The notes under the pieces were generated by a model. It did not search any database, was not told the origin of the DNA, and saw nothing but the letters and a program-made list of their open reading frames with translations. From Heptranchias perlo (taxonomy: Eukaryota), in NCBI RefSeq assembly GCF_035084215.1, contig NC_090346.1:4464001-4528000 (forward strand): 64,000 nt of DNA, given 5' to 3'. This document shows positions 24,168 to 36,769 of the stretch, piece by piece; position 1 is the first letter of the stretch, and every line of letters starts with the position of its first letter. The position numbers and the translations under genes were made by a program.

Positions 24168-27100
24168 TTTTTTTTATTCGTTCATGGGATGTGGGTGTCG
24201 CTGGCGAGGCCGGCATTTATTGCCCATCCCTAATTGCCCTTGAGAAGGTGGTGGTGAGCCGCCGCTGCAGTCCGTGTGGTGACGGTTCTCCCACAGTGCT
24301 GTTAGGAAGGGAGTTCCAGGATTTTGACCCAGCGACGATGAAGGAACGGCGATATATTTCCAAGTTGGGATGGTGTGTGACTTGGAGGGGAACGTGCAGG
24401 TGGTGTTCCCATGTGCCTGCTGCTCTTGTCCTTCTAAGTGGTAGAGGTCGTGGGTTTGGGAGGTGCTGTCGAAGAAGTCTTGGCGAGTTGCTGCAGTGCA
24501 TCCTGTGGATGGTACACACTGCAGCCACTGTGCGCCGGTGGTAAAGGGAGTGAATAGGGTGGTAGATGGGGTGCCAATCAAGTGGGCTGCTTTATCTTGG
24601 ATGGTGTCGAGCTTCTTGAGTGTTGTTGGAGCTGCACTCATCCAAGCAAGTGGAGAGTATTCCATCACATTCCTGACTTGTGCCTTGTAGATGGTGGAAA
24701 GGCTTTGGGGAGTCAGGAGGTGAGTCACTCGCCGCAGAATACCCAGCCTCTGACCTGCTCTCGTAGCCACAGTATTTATATGGCTGGTCCAGTTAAGTTT
24801 CTGGTCAATGGTGACCCCCAGGATGTTGATGGTGGGGGATTCGGCGATGGTAATGCCGTTGAATGTCAGGGGGAGGTGGTTAGACTCTCTTGTTGGAGAT
24901 GGTCATTGCCTGGCACTTATCTGGCGCGAATGTTACTTGCCACTTATGAGCCCAAGCCTGGATGTTGTCCAGGTCTTGCTGCATGCGGGCTCGGACTGCT
25001 TCATTATTTGAGGGGTTGCGAATGGAACTGAACACTGTGCAGTCATCAGCGAACATCCCCATTTCTGACCTTATGATGGAGGGAAGGTCATTGATGAAGC
25101 AGCTGAAGATGGTTGGGCCGAGGACACTGCCCTGAGGAACTCCTGCAGCAATGTCCTGGGGCTGAGATGATTGGCCTCCAACAACCACTACCATCTTCCT
25201 TTGTGCTAGGTATGAGTCCAGCCACTGGAGAGTTTTTCCCCCTGATTTCCATTGACTTCAATTTTACTAGGGCTCCTTGGTGCCATACTCGGTCAAATGC
25301 TGCCTTGATGTCAAGGGCAGTCACTCTCACCTCACCTCTGGAATTCAGCTCTTTTGTCCATGTTTGGACCAACGCTGTAATGAGGTCTGGAGCCGAGTTG
25401 CCCTGGCGGAACCCAAACTGAGCATCAGTGAGCAGGTTATTGGTGAGTAAGTGCCGCTTGATAGCACTGTCGACAACACCTTCCATCACTTTGCTGATGA
25501 TTGAGAGTAGACTGACGGGGCAGTAATTGGCCGGATTGGATTTGTCCTGCTTTTTGTGGACAGGACCTACCTGGGCAATTTTCCACATTGTCGGGTAGAT
25601 GCCAGTGTTGTAGCTGTACTGGAACAGCTTGGCTTGAGGCGCAGCTAGTTCTGGAGCACAAGTCTTCAGCACTACAGCTGGGATGTTGTCGGGGCCCATA
25701 GCCTTTGCTGTATCCAGTGCACTCAGCCGTTTCTTGATATCACGTGGAGTGAATCGAATTAGCCAAAGACTGGCTTCTGTGATGGTGGGGATATCGGGAG
25801 GAGGCCGAGATGGATCATCCACTTGGCACTTCTGGCTGAAGATGGTTGCAAACGCTTCAGCCTTGTCTTACGTGCTGGACTCCGCCATCATTGAGGATGG
25901 GGATGTTTGCAGAGCCTCCTCCTCCCGTTAGTTGTTTAATTGTCCACCACCATTCACGACTGGATGTGGCAGGACTGCAGAGCTTTGATCTGATCCATTG
26001 GTTGTGGAATCGCTTAGCTCTGTCTATAGCATGTTGCTTCAGCTGTTTAGCATGCATGTAGCCCTGAGTTGTAGCTTCACCAGGTTGGCACCTCATTTTT
26101 AGGTACGCCTGGTGCTGCTCCTGGCATGCTCTTCTACATTCCTCATTGAACCAGGGTTGATCCCCTGGCTTGTTGGTAATGGTAGAGTGAGGAATATGCC
26201 AGGCCATGAGGTTACAGATTGTGCTGGAATACAATTCTGCTGCTGCTGATGGCCCACAGCGCCTCATGGATGCCCAGTTTTGAGCTGCTGGATCTGTTCT
26301 GAATCTATCCCATTTAGCACGGTGGTAGTGCCACACAACACGTTGGATGGTGTCCTCAGTGCGAAGACGGGACTTCATCTCCACGAGGACTGTGCGGTGG
26401 TCACTCCTACCAATGCTGTCATGGACAGATGCATTTGCGACAGGTAGATTGGTGAGGACAAGTAAGTTTTTCCCTCGTGTTGGTTCGCTCACCACCTGCC
26501 GCAGGCCCAGTCTAGCAACTATGTCCTTCAGGACTCGGCAAACTCGGTCAGTAGTGGTGCTACCGAGCCACTCTTGGTGATGGACATTGAAGTCCCCCAC
26601 CCAGAGTACATTTTGTGCCCTTGCTACCCTCAGTGCTTCCTCCAAGTGGTGTTCAACATGGAGGAGGACTGATTCATCAGCTGAGGGAGGACGGTAGGTG
26701 GTAATCAGCAGGAGGTTTCCTTGCCCATGTTTGACCTGATGCCATGAGATTTCATGGGGTCCAGAGTCAATGTTGAGGACTCCCAGGGCTACTCCCTCCT
26801 GACTGTATATCACTGTACCGCCACCGCTGGTGGGTCTGTCCTGCCGGTGGGACAGGACATACCCAGGGATGGTGATGGACGAGTCTGGGACGTTGGCTGA
26901 AAGGTATGATTCTGTGAGTATGGTTATGTCAGGCTGTTGCTTGACTAGTCTGTGGGACAGCTCTCCCACTTTTGGCACAAGTCCCCAGATGTTGGTAAGG
27001 AGGACCTTGCAGGGTCGACTGGGCTTGGTGTTTTGCCGTTGTCGTGTCCGGTGCCTAGTGGTCCGATGCCGGCTGGTCCATCCGGTTTTATTCTTATTAT

Positions 27101-27451
27101 GACTTTTCGTAGCGAGATTTTACAACTGAGTGGCTTGCTAGGCCATTTCAGAGGGCAATTAAGAATCAACCACATTGCTGTGGGTCTGGAGTCACATATA
27201 GGCCAGACCGGGTAAGGATGGCAGGTTTCTTTCCCTAAAGGACCTCAGTGAACCAGATGGGTTTTTACGACAATCCGGTAGTTTCATGGCCATCATTACT
27301 GATACTAGTATTTTAATTCCAGATTTTTATTTAATTAATTGAATTTAATTAATTAATTGAATTTTTTTAATTCACCAGCTGCCGTGGCGGGATTTGAACT
27401 CATGACTCTGGATTACTAGTCCAGTAACATAACCACTATGCTACCGTACCC
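24168..27451 (-). mobile_element. Full-length (frameshifted) CR1-group LINE family B: tRNA-like head, single APE-endonuclease + RT reading frame, 3' tail with A-run
   Basis: Endonuclease motifs TNIWGL, LTESYL, YRPPS, GDFNVHH, SDH (25857-27000); RT motifs KAMGPDNIP, LDIKAAFDRVWH, GVPQGSVLGP, FADD; A-box TAGCATAGTGG and B-box GAGTTCAAATCC at 27443-27390. Confidence 0.93.
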
Positions 27452-28013
27452 AGTTTATATGGCTGGTCCAGTTAAGTTTCTGGTCAATGGTGACCCCCAG
27501 GATGTTGATGGTGGGGGATTCGGCGATGGTAATGCCGTTGAATGTCAAGGGGAGGTGGTTAGACTCTCTTGTTGGTGATGGTCATTGCCTGGCACTTATC
27601 TGGCGCGAATGTTACTTGCCACTTATAAGCCCAAGCCTGGATGTTGTCCAGGTCTTGCTGCAGGCGGGCTCGGACTGCTTCATTATTTGAGGGGTTGCGA
27701 ATGGAACTGAACACTGTGCAATCATCAGCGAACATCCCCATTTCTGACCTTATGGTGGAGGGAAGGTCATTGATGAAGCAGCTGAAGATGGTTGGGCCTA
27801 GGACACTGCCCTGAGGAACTCTTGCAGCAATGCCCTGGGGCTGAGATGATTGGCCTCCAACGACCACTGCCATCTTCCTTTGTGCTAGGTATGACTCCAG
27901 CCACTGGAGAGTTTTCCCCCTGATTCCCATTGACTTCAATTTTACTAGGGCTCCTTGGTGCCACACTCGGTCAAATGCCGCCTTGGTGTCAAGGGCAGTC
28001 ACTCTCACCTCAC
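27452..28013 (-). mobile_element. Second RT fragment of LINE family B abutting the 5' end of the full-length copy
   Basis: Near-duplicate of about 24771-25335 (VRVTALDTKAAFDRVWH...FADD...QKLNWTSHI). Confidence 0.9.
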
Positions 28014-28289
28014 ATTCTGTGGCACTATTCAACTGCAGGGGAGTTCTCAACTTTTATCCTTCAACCAACACCCCCAAAACAGATTATATTTTAAAGGTAA
28101 TATCATTGGCTGTGAAATGTTTTGGGTAATTTTGTGACTATGTGCAATTGACCACTAGAGGGTACTGTATGGTCATAGTTAGGAAGGTCATAAAAGATGC
28201 ACTACAGATAATGATGTAGAAAATATCCATGCGAAACTCGATTTAATTCTGTTCACCTTCCCTCCCCTGTAGGATTAAAATATGAAAAT

Positions 28290-31200
28290 AGTCATAGAAA
28301 GGTTACAGCATGGAATGAGGCCATTCGGCCCATTGAGTCCATGCCGGCTCTATGCAAGAGCAATCCAGCTAGTCCCACTCCCCCACCCTTTCCCCGTAGC
28401 CCTGCAATTTTTTTTCCTTTCAAGTACTTATCCAGTTCCCTTTTGAAGGCCATGATTGAATCTGCCTCCACCACCCCCTCGGGCAATGCATTCCAGATCC
28501 TAACCACTCGGTGTGTAAAAAAGTTTTTCCTCATGTCACCTTTGGTTCTTTTGCCAATCACCTTAAATCTATGTCTTCTGGTCCCTGATCCTTCCACCAA
28601 TGGGAACAGTTTCTCTCTACTCTGAATAGACCCTTCATGATTTTGAATACCTCTATCAAATCTCCTCGCATCCGTCTCTGTTCCAAGGAGAACAACCCCA
28701 GCTTCTCCAGTCTATCCATGTAACTAAAGTCCCTCATCCCTGGAATCAATCTAGTAAATCTCTTCTGCACCCTCTCTAAGGCCTTCACATCTTTCCTAAA
28801 GTGTGGTGCCCAGAACTGGACACAATACTCCAGTTGTGGCCGAACCAGTGTTTTATAAAGGTTCATCAGGACTTCTATACTTTTACACTCTGCCTCTATT
28901 TATATGCTTTTTTAACCGCTTTCTCGACCTGCCTGCCACCTTTCAACGATTTGTGCACATAAACTCCCAGCTCTCTCTGTTCCTGTATGCCTTTTAGAGT
29001 TGTGCCCTCTAGTTTATATTGCCTCTCCTCATTCTTCCTACCGAAATATATCACTTTGCATTTTTCTGCATTAAATTTCATCTGCCACGTGTCCGCCCAT
29101 GCCGCCAGTCTGACCTTATCCTCTTGAAGTCTATCACTATCCTCCTCACTGTTTACTACCCTTCCAAGTTTTGTGTCATCTGCAAATTTGGAAATTGTGC
29201 CCTGTACACGCAAGTCCAAGTCATTAATATATATCAAGAAAAGTAGTGGTTCCACCACTGTACACCTCCCTCCAGTCCGAAAAACAACCGTTCACCACTA
29301 CTCTCCGTTTCCTGTCCTTAGCCAATTCTGTATCCATGTTGCTACTGCCCCCTTTGTTCCATGGGCCACAATCTTGATGATAAGCCTACCGTGCGGCACT
29401 TTATCAAACGCCTTTTGAAAGTCCATATACATCACATCAACTGCATTGCCCTCATCTAACCTCTCTGTTACCTCATCAAAAAACTCTTATCAGGTTAGTT
29501 AAACACGATTTGCCTTTAACAAATCCGTGCTGGCTTTCACTAATCAATCCACACTTGTCCAAGTGACGGCTAATTCAGTCCTGGATTATCGTTTCTTAAA
29601 GTTTCCCCACCACTGAGGTTAAACTGCCTGGCCTATAGTTGCTGGGTTTATCCTTACACTTTTTTGAAGGGTGTAACATTTGTAATTGTTACTGTTTACA
29701 TGCCTGTAGAAGACTTTTGGATTCCCTTTTATGTTGGTCGTCAGTCTATTCTCATACTCTCTCTTTCCCCCATTATTTTTCACTTCTCCTCTGAACTTTC
29801 TATATTCTGCCTGGCTCTCACTTGTGTTATCAACCTGACATCTGTCACACACCCCTTTCTTTCCCGTTTCATCTTACTCACTATTTCTTTTGTCATCCAG
29901 GGAGCTCTGGCTTTAGTGGCCCTACCTTTCTGCCTCGTGGGAATGTGCCTAGACTGTACCCGAACCATCTCCTCTTTAAAGGCTGCCCACTGTTCAATTA
30001 TAGTTTTGCCTGCCAATCTTTGATTCCAATTTACCCGGGCCAGATCTGTTCTCATCCCATTGAAATTGGCCCTCCTCCAATTGAGTATTTTTATTTTAGA
30101 GTGGTCCATGTCCTTTTCCATAACTATTCTAAACCTTATGATACTGTGATCGCTGCTCCCTAAATGCTCTCCCACTGACACTTGCTCCACTTGGCCCACC
30201 TCCTTCCTCGTTGGGCCGGAAACGTATTGGTCAAGAAAGTTATCCTGAACACATTTCAATAATTTCTCCCCCTCTTTGCCCCTTATGTTATTGTTAACCC
30301 AGTCTATATTAGGGTAGTTGAAGTCCCCAATTATCACTACTCTATGGCTTTTGCACCTCTCTGTAATTTCCCTCCTAATTTGCTCTTCCGTATCTTTCCC
30401 ACTAGTTGGTGACCTATAGAATACACCCAGTAGTGTAACGACACCTCTTTTATTTCTTAACTCTAACCAAATAGATTCTGTCCTTGACTCCTCCAGGACA
30501 TCCTCTCTCTCCAGTACTGCAATATTCTCCTTAATCAATACTGTCAACCCCCGCCCCTCCTTTATTTCCTTCCCTATCTTTCCTGAACACCTTGTATCCA
30601 GGAATATTTAGTACCCATCCTGTCCTGTTTTGAGCCAGGTCTCTGTTATCGCCACAACATCGTATTCCATGTGGCTATTTGTGCCTGCAGCTCACCAACC
30701 TTGTTTACCACACTTCGTGCGTTTACACACATGCACTGCAAACCAGTCTTAAACTTTCTTGTATTCTCTCTTAGTCTGATCCCACCTAATACTGCTTACT
30801 GTACTATCACTTGCTTTAGTGCTATTTTTCTCCTCTGATTCTTTGTGCCTCTTGTTTCTCCTTTTCATTGCTACATCCTGGTGCCCATCCCCTTGCCAAA
30901 TTAGTTTAAACCCCCCCTCCAGCACTAGCGAACCTCCCTGCGAGGACATTGGTCCCAGCTCTGTTGAGGTGCAACACGTCTGGCCTGTACAGGTCCCACC
31001 TTCCCCAGAACTGGTCCCAATGCCCCAGGAATCTGAAACCCTCCCTCCTGCACCATCTCTGCAGCCACGCATTCATCTGCTTTATCCTCCTATTTCTATA
31101 CTCGTTAGCGTGTGGCACCGGGAGTAATCCGGAGATTACTACCTTTGAGGTCCTGCTTCTTAATCTCTTTCCTAACTCCTTAAAATCTGCCTGCAGGACC

Positions 31201-31905
31201 TCATCCTTCTTTCTACCTATGTCATTGGTACCAATATGGACCACGACCTCTGGCTGTTCACCACACCCTCCCCCCCCCCCCCCCCCCAAGAATATTCTGT
31301 AGCCGCTCAGTGATATCCTTGCTCCTGGCGCCAGGGAGGCAACATACCATCCTGGAATCACGTCTGCAGCCGGAGAAACGCCTGTATGCTCCCCTAACCA
31401 CAGAATCTCCTGTCACTATTGCTCTCCTGACCTTTCTTCTCCCCGCCCCGTACAGCTGAACCATTCATGGTGCTGTGGACTTGGCTCTAGCTACACTCCC
31501 CAGAGGAACCCTCTCCCTCACCAATATTCAGAATTGAATACTGGTTAGAGAGTAGAGAGTGAGATGCACTCAGAACTCCTGCACTACCTGCCTGGTCCTT
31601 CTTGTCTGTCTGGTGGTCACCCAGTCCCTCTCTGCCTGCACTCTCAAGCTGTGGGATGACCACCTCCTGAAATCCAGAGCTCGAGCTCCTCCAGCTGACG
31701 ACACTTCCTGCACCTGCAGTTGTCCAGGACACGGGAAGCGTCCTGGAGTTCCCACATAGCACAGGCTTGGGTGTGAGCTGCCCTGCCATGCCTCCATTTA
31801 TTAGATTGTTTACTAACCTTAACAAAAATAAATTAAGCCTTAAAAAAACACTCAACAGAAAAAGAAACACTCACCAGCTACCAGCCAATCAGCTCCTTCC
31901 CCTGT
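28290..31905 (-). mobile_element. Near full-length CR1 LINE: ORF1 (SGNH esterase-like) + ORF2 (APE-RT), disrupted
   Basis: ORF1 remnants GDSVVRG, HIGTNDIG, D.LHLN (30906-31460); ORF2 GDFNYPNIDW, SDH, FADDTKL, YKTLVRPQLEYC; CR1-type 3' tail. Confidence 0.93.
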
Positions 31906-33975
31906 TTATTTAGTTTTATTAGTCTAGTTAATAAACAAGTTCAAGTTACTAAATTTAATAAAACAACAATGTTACGCTCCCAGCTTTTAATTTAACTTCA
32001 CCCACTTCCTTAATTTAAAATGCAGGTGTCCAGTTGTGAAAGGGCCTCCTTATACTACTAAGGAACTGATCAAAGACTGCAGAAAATGGACACGTACCAT
32101 GATGAACCATCTGAAAACTCTGATGAGCCAAATGTGTTAGACTGTTGGGAACTTTGACATTTTGGACCCAGTAGACCCCTGGAAATTGGATGCCATATAT
32201 TAGATGCATTCAACACGGGCAAAGACCACTAAATTGTCAAAGAATGCAGTACACAACAAATGGTTCGATTGTCCATCAGCAGACACAATATTGTCACTGG
32301 AAGTTATCCTGTAGCCCTGCCCCAATAAAATTTAACTATAGTCATCAACTTCCAGCTGACAGCTACTCATAAAGGTGAAAGTGATTTTTTTAACACTAAA
32401 AATATGCAGGTTATTTTTTCAAAAATAGGGTATGGGTAACTCTTGGAAATACCATTTTCCAAGTATGCAGCTAAGGTACTGGCAGAGATCACATGAATGA
32501 ACAGTTACCTTTCAGGTTAAAGGTGACAACATAAAGATACTTTTTTGAGGGGAGAGGGAGTCTGGGTTTAGGACTTGTAAGCCTGGATGGATGGCTTAAA
32601 TCAACATTGTGATATTACTAAAATGGTGGCAATACTGACAATAGCCACTTGGGGGTAATGCTGTACTGAAAAATATGATTATATTTTACTGTTTAGTACA
32701 TGAAACTCTCACTGGTAATGGGATCAAAAAGACTAAACATACTAATTTCATTATAACAAACATGTTGAAAGCATATGCTATATATTTTTTTAATTTATAC
32801 TCTTTACTCTGTTCAGTTGTCTATAAACACTAGTATTCAGTAAGTTAAAACGCTGCACTGAAAGTTAATACCCTGTACAGAAAGTTGAAATGTAATTGTA
32901 ATTGTCACTAACTGTAAATAAACTGTTTAACATTTAATTTTAAAAAATAAACACTAGTATTTCTATCTCCCAAGCTCCTGCACCTTAACAAGCTGCAAGG
33001 AAGTGTTTAAGAGTGGCTGGGCATAACATAGCTTTCAATCTTCTCTCCCACCTTGTGGGGAAGCACCTATCTACATAAAACATGGAGGTTATGGGGTTAT
33101 TTTACCACTTTGTATCATATTACCACTGAACACTTCATTAGAATAAAACTTTTGTCTAGTCTTGGCTAAATGTCCTTATAACTCACTGGAGATGATCCCT
33201 ATTAAAACAAAGTTTTAAAAAAATTAAATAGTGAAGTGGCTCCAAAGGGAAACTTCCATGACCCTGCTCTAATAAAATAAACTATCCAGAAGATTCTGTA
33301 TAATAATGGGTATATAGTTGGGGAAACAAAACTCAGAAAGCAGCCAAAGTAGTAGTGGCTGTATCTAATACTCCTCATGTTGGAATAATTCTGTCTAACA
33401 TGCCAAAAAATTGAGTGAAGCGTTCTATACGCTGCCCCAATTTTGCAAATAAATTTCAATCTAGTCCTGTTCTGCTTTTAGAGTAGCATTTCTGAATTTT
33501 AAAATGTTGCTGCAACCTTCAAGGTGGCTTCTTAAAGTTACAAGAACTGAGGGATGAACAAATTATAGTATGTACTCAATTTGTTTTTCACAATTGTCAG
33601 TCAGAAGACACCTTATAGTACTTTGATGGTACCTAATTAAAACCAAGAACATTCATGCGCATGATAATACAGTCCAGAGGAAAACATTGCTATTTCTTCT
33701 CCCTCCCTTGGACAACCTTTTTAAATTCGCAGAAAAACAATGCAATATATTTTTAAAATTACATCTCCGTGCTTTTCCAATCTACTCGACTTCCGGTTGT
33801 AACATTTTTGTCACGTTTTTGTGTCACTGATTTCCATTAAAAAATTCCTATGTCCACATTGTATGTAAACTCATCAGTCTGATTATGCAACCTAGCCACT
33901 AAATTCTCACAAATTGCTCCAAGTGCTTTAACTTGAAGGCCTCAGTCTCCCCCAAAACCTGGCCTTGGATTTGAT

Positions 33976-34632
33976 GGCCTAGAAATTGGTTGATGCCATG
34001 CCCATTTTACTGGTGTAAAATGGGCACCTAAGCAGCCAATGTGGTGGGCAGTGTGCACGCGCACATTCCGCGCCGCCCGCCCTATTGACGAAGGCAGAAA
34101 AAGAAGCGTCCAGTGGCTGCGCCTGAAACAGGAGTTAGGCTCTTTGCACATGCAAATAAGGGATCTAACACCTGTTTCAGGTCCCCTTCCCGAAATTGGT
34201 CTGCTCTGAATGCTGTCGGTGCCTGGCTGGCTGTGTTCAGGAAAACCAGGTCTACGTGCAGCCTAACCAGAGGGACCGCTTGATGCTGCCATTGAAAGAT
34301 AAGTTTTAAAAAAAATACCTGAATATAGAGCCAGGAGGAGCAGGAGTGCTGCTCCCGGCCCCAATGCAGTGCCGAAGAGTGTTAATGGCCCCAGCTCGGT
34401 CCTCTCCCGATCGCCTCCTCCCTTCACATGACCTATCTGAGGGGTGCTGCCAATGATGCAGCGGCCCAAAATTCACATCTGATTTGCCGGCAAGCTGTGT
34501 GGGGATGCCCAGCAGCCGTCCGCAGCTTGCCGGACTCGTATAAATGAGGCCGAGGCCCATATTGGAGGCCCCTCATGCCTTCCCTGTGCCCAGTTTGTGT
34601 CGGCAGGCCAAAGGAAAACAAATGTCTAGGCC
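33976..34632. mobile_element. MITE (Harbinger-like)
   Basis: TIR GGCCTAGAAATT / AATGTCTAGGCC; 3-bp TSD GAT at 33973-33975 and 34633-34635. Confidence 0.8.
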
Positions 34633-35284
34633 GATATTTTTGCCTAGAGATATGATTCTGAGAGCTGAATCTGGATCGCTCAGTCTGTACATTTGCAATG
34701 TACCTAATCTCCAAGGATGCCTCAGTCCTGTTCAGTCAGCTGTAGTGACGGAATTTTTCTTTAGCTACTAGCACTTTCTTTGCAGTAGCTTTTCTTCAAA
34801 TAATTTTTAAAAAGAGGATTTTAAAAGCTTTATTGCGGTCAAGTTATTATTGAATTTTTTTTTAAATGGCTGTTTGCGTGGGAGAGAAAAACATTATAGT
34901 TCTGAATACATAGCTGTTGTCACTTTTGTTTTGTGTTCTATAAACTTTACAAATGCATTAAGTTGAGAAAGAGAGACTGGGTCAGAGAGAGAGGAGTGAA
35001 TGTCTTTTCATTTAATGTAACTTCAATTTTCAAAAATAAGTTGAATTTTGAAGTGAACTTGTGTTTTGTTGACAGAAAATGTCAATGCTAATCATTGGCA
35101 TGTGAGACAAAGAATCTAATTTCTAACACCAATTAGTCAGACAGCGAGAGAGTGACAAATAAAGCCTCACAGGCAATTTGTTCCCTTATTCTAATTTGTG
35201 TTTTTTTTAAGTTAAATTTTCAAAGGAAAAAAAAAAGCGTTTTTTGTGTAACACATAAGGATTCATTGTTGGGGGGCTGAACAG

Positions 35285-35590
35285 AGGAGGGAAATGGGTT
35301 AAGGCTGAGGGAACTCTGACCTCTCGTCACCCATCCTGTGTGGAGTGGGGCGGGGGGAATGGGAATAGATGGAGGGTTAAGGATGAAGTGAATGACAGAG
35401 GAGCAAGGGGACAATACAGGGGTTGAGTGGATAATTCAAAGAGGTAGAGGTAGTGATGAAAGTGAGGGAATGGTAGGAAGGCGAATGGATAGTGGGAAAG
35501 TGAATGGATCAGGAACTTGGTGGGAATGATAGGGTGGCGGAGAAGCACGTGAGTTGGGGGATGAGGTGGGAAGGGAGCCTTGAAGGCGTC
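35285..35590 (-). mobile_element. Decayed LINE fragment, probably L2 clade
   Basis: Purine-rich plus strand; the minus strand resembles a degraded endonuclease region; no intact frame. Confidence 0.35.
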
Positions 35591-35900
35591 ATTCGGACAG
35601 CAATCCCTACCCCAAATGAATACTGCAGTTAGTGGCTCCTTTCCCCTCCACACATCATACCAACCCATCCCACCCAAAGGAAAAAAGACAAAAAGGCAGA
35701 CAGAAGCAGAAGAAGACAGTGGGAGAAACCGAAAGAAGACTCAGAGAGAAGCAGCAGAAGAGAAAGAGAGACAGAACCAAAGAGAGTGTGACAGAGAAAC
35801 ATCAAAATTAAGTCATCAGAGAGTGATTGACACACCATGTGCTACTCCACAGGTCATAAATTAATATATATATATATAATTTTAATATATTAAAAACAGT

Positions 35901-36244
35901 GGGGGTGATTTTCAACTGTTGGCCACCTGATTCTTGACTGAAAAATGAACAGCTGGCAATTGAAAAATAGGAGTGCCCCTTGGCGACCCCATGGACGCCC
36001 AAGGCCTGCCTGATAGAATTTAAAAGCATGCCTGTAAATGGGCGAGCAGCATGCCTGCCTGTTTCCAGCAGACCTGGTTTGAAATTTTGAGGTAAAAAAT
36101 GGGCGGAGCTTGTGCCCATACACTCCCTGCCCATTTGTGCCAGACATTGACTTCAATGGAAATAAAAATCGGGAGAGATGTGAAACGGGCTGCCGACTCG
36201 TTATCACCCGTTTTACACTATCGCACAAAGTCAACATCTACCCC
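35901..36244. mobile_element. MITE-like element
   Basis: Imperfect TIR GGGGGTGATTTTCAAC / GTCAACATCTACCCC; internal CATTGACTTCAATG palindrome also present at 23397. Confidence 0.5.
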
Positions 36245-36605
36245 AATTTCTCCAATGCCCTCTTTGCTGGCCTCTCATCTTTTACCCTCCATAAACTCCA
36301 AAATTCAGCTGCCCACATCCTGTCCCGCGCTAAGTCCCACTCAACCATCACCCGCTGACTTACATTGACCTACTGCCTGTTCCCATATACATTAAATTTA
36401 AAGTCTGCATTCTCACCTTCAAATCCTTCCACAGTCTTGCCCCACATTACCTCTACAACCTCACTAACCCTATATCCCCTCCCACAGCTTTCAGTGTTCT
36501 GACCCTAACCTTTTGTACTTCCCCCTCCCTTTACACCACCATGGGTGGCAAAGCCATCAGCCCCACTCTCTACTTCTCTCTTCATCTCTTACAACTTATC
36601 TTTTG

Positions 36606-36769
36606 TAAACAATTTTACAACACCAAGTTATAGTCCAACAAATTTATTTTAAATTCCACAAGCTTTCGGAGGCTTCCTCCTTCGTCAGGTGAACGGTGTG
36701 GACTATAAATTGGTGTTGTAAAATTGTTTACAATTGTCAACCCCAGTCCATCACCGGCATCTCCACATC
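36606..36769. mobile_element. Penelope-like element remnant with inverted terminal segment
   Basis: 15-bp TSD ACAACTTATCTTTTG (36591-36605 / 36770-36784); 34-bp inverted repeat 36604-36637 / 36699-36732; hammerhead core between the arms. Confidence 0.75.
36653..36693 (-). ncRNA. Minimal type I hammerhead ribozyme motif
   Basis: Minus strand TTCAC-CTGACGA-A-GGAGG-AAG-CCTCC-GAAA-GCTT-GTGGA: helix I, CUGANGA box, helix II, GAAA box, palindromic AGCT in place of helix III. Confidence 0.7.

Noticed and set aside
27378-27451. tRNA-Thr gene
   Set aside because: The acceptor stem does not pair well, no T-run terminator follows, and the sequence is the head of a retroelement.
32026-32330. Acceptor-like TGCAG followed by short frames and AATAAA
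   Set aside because: All frames close quickly and resemble nothing I recognise.
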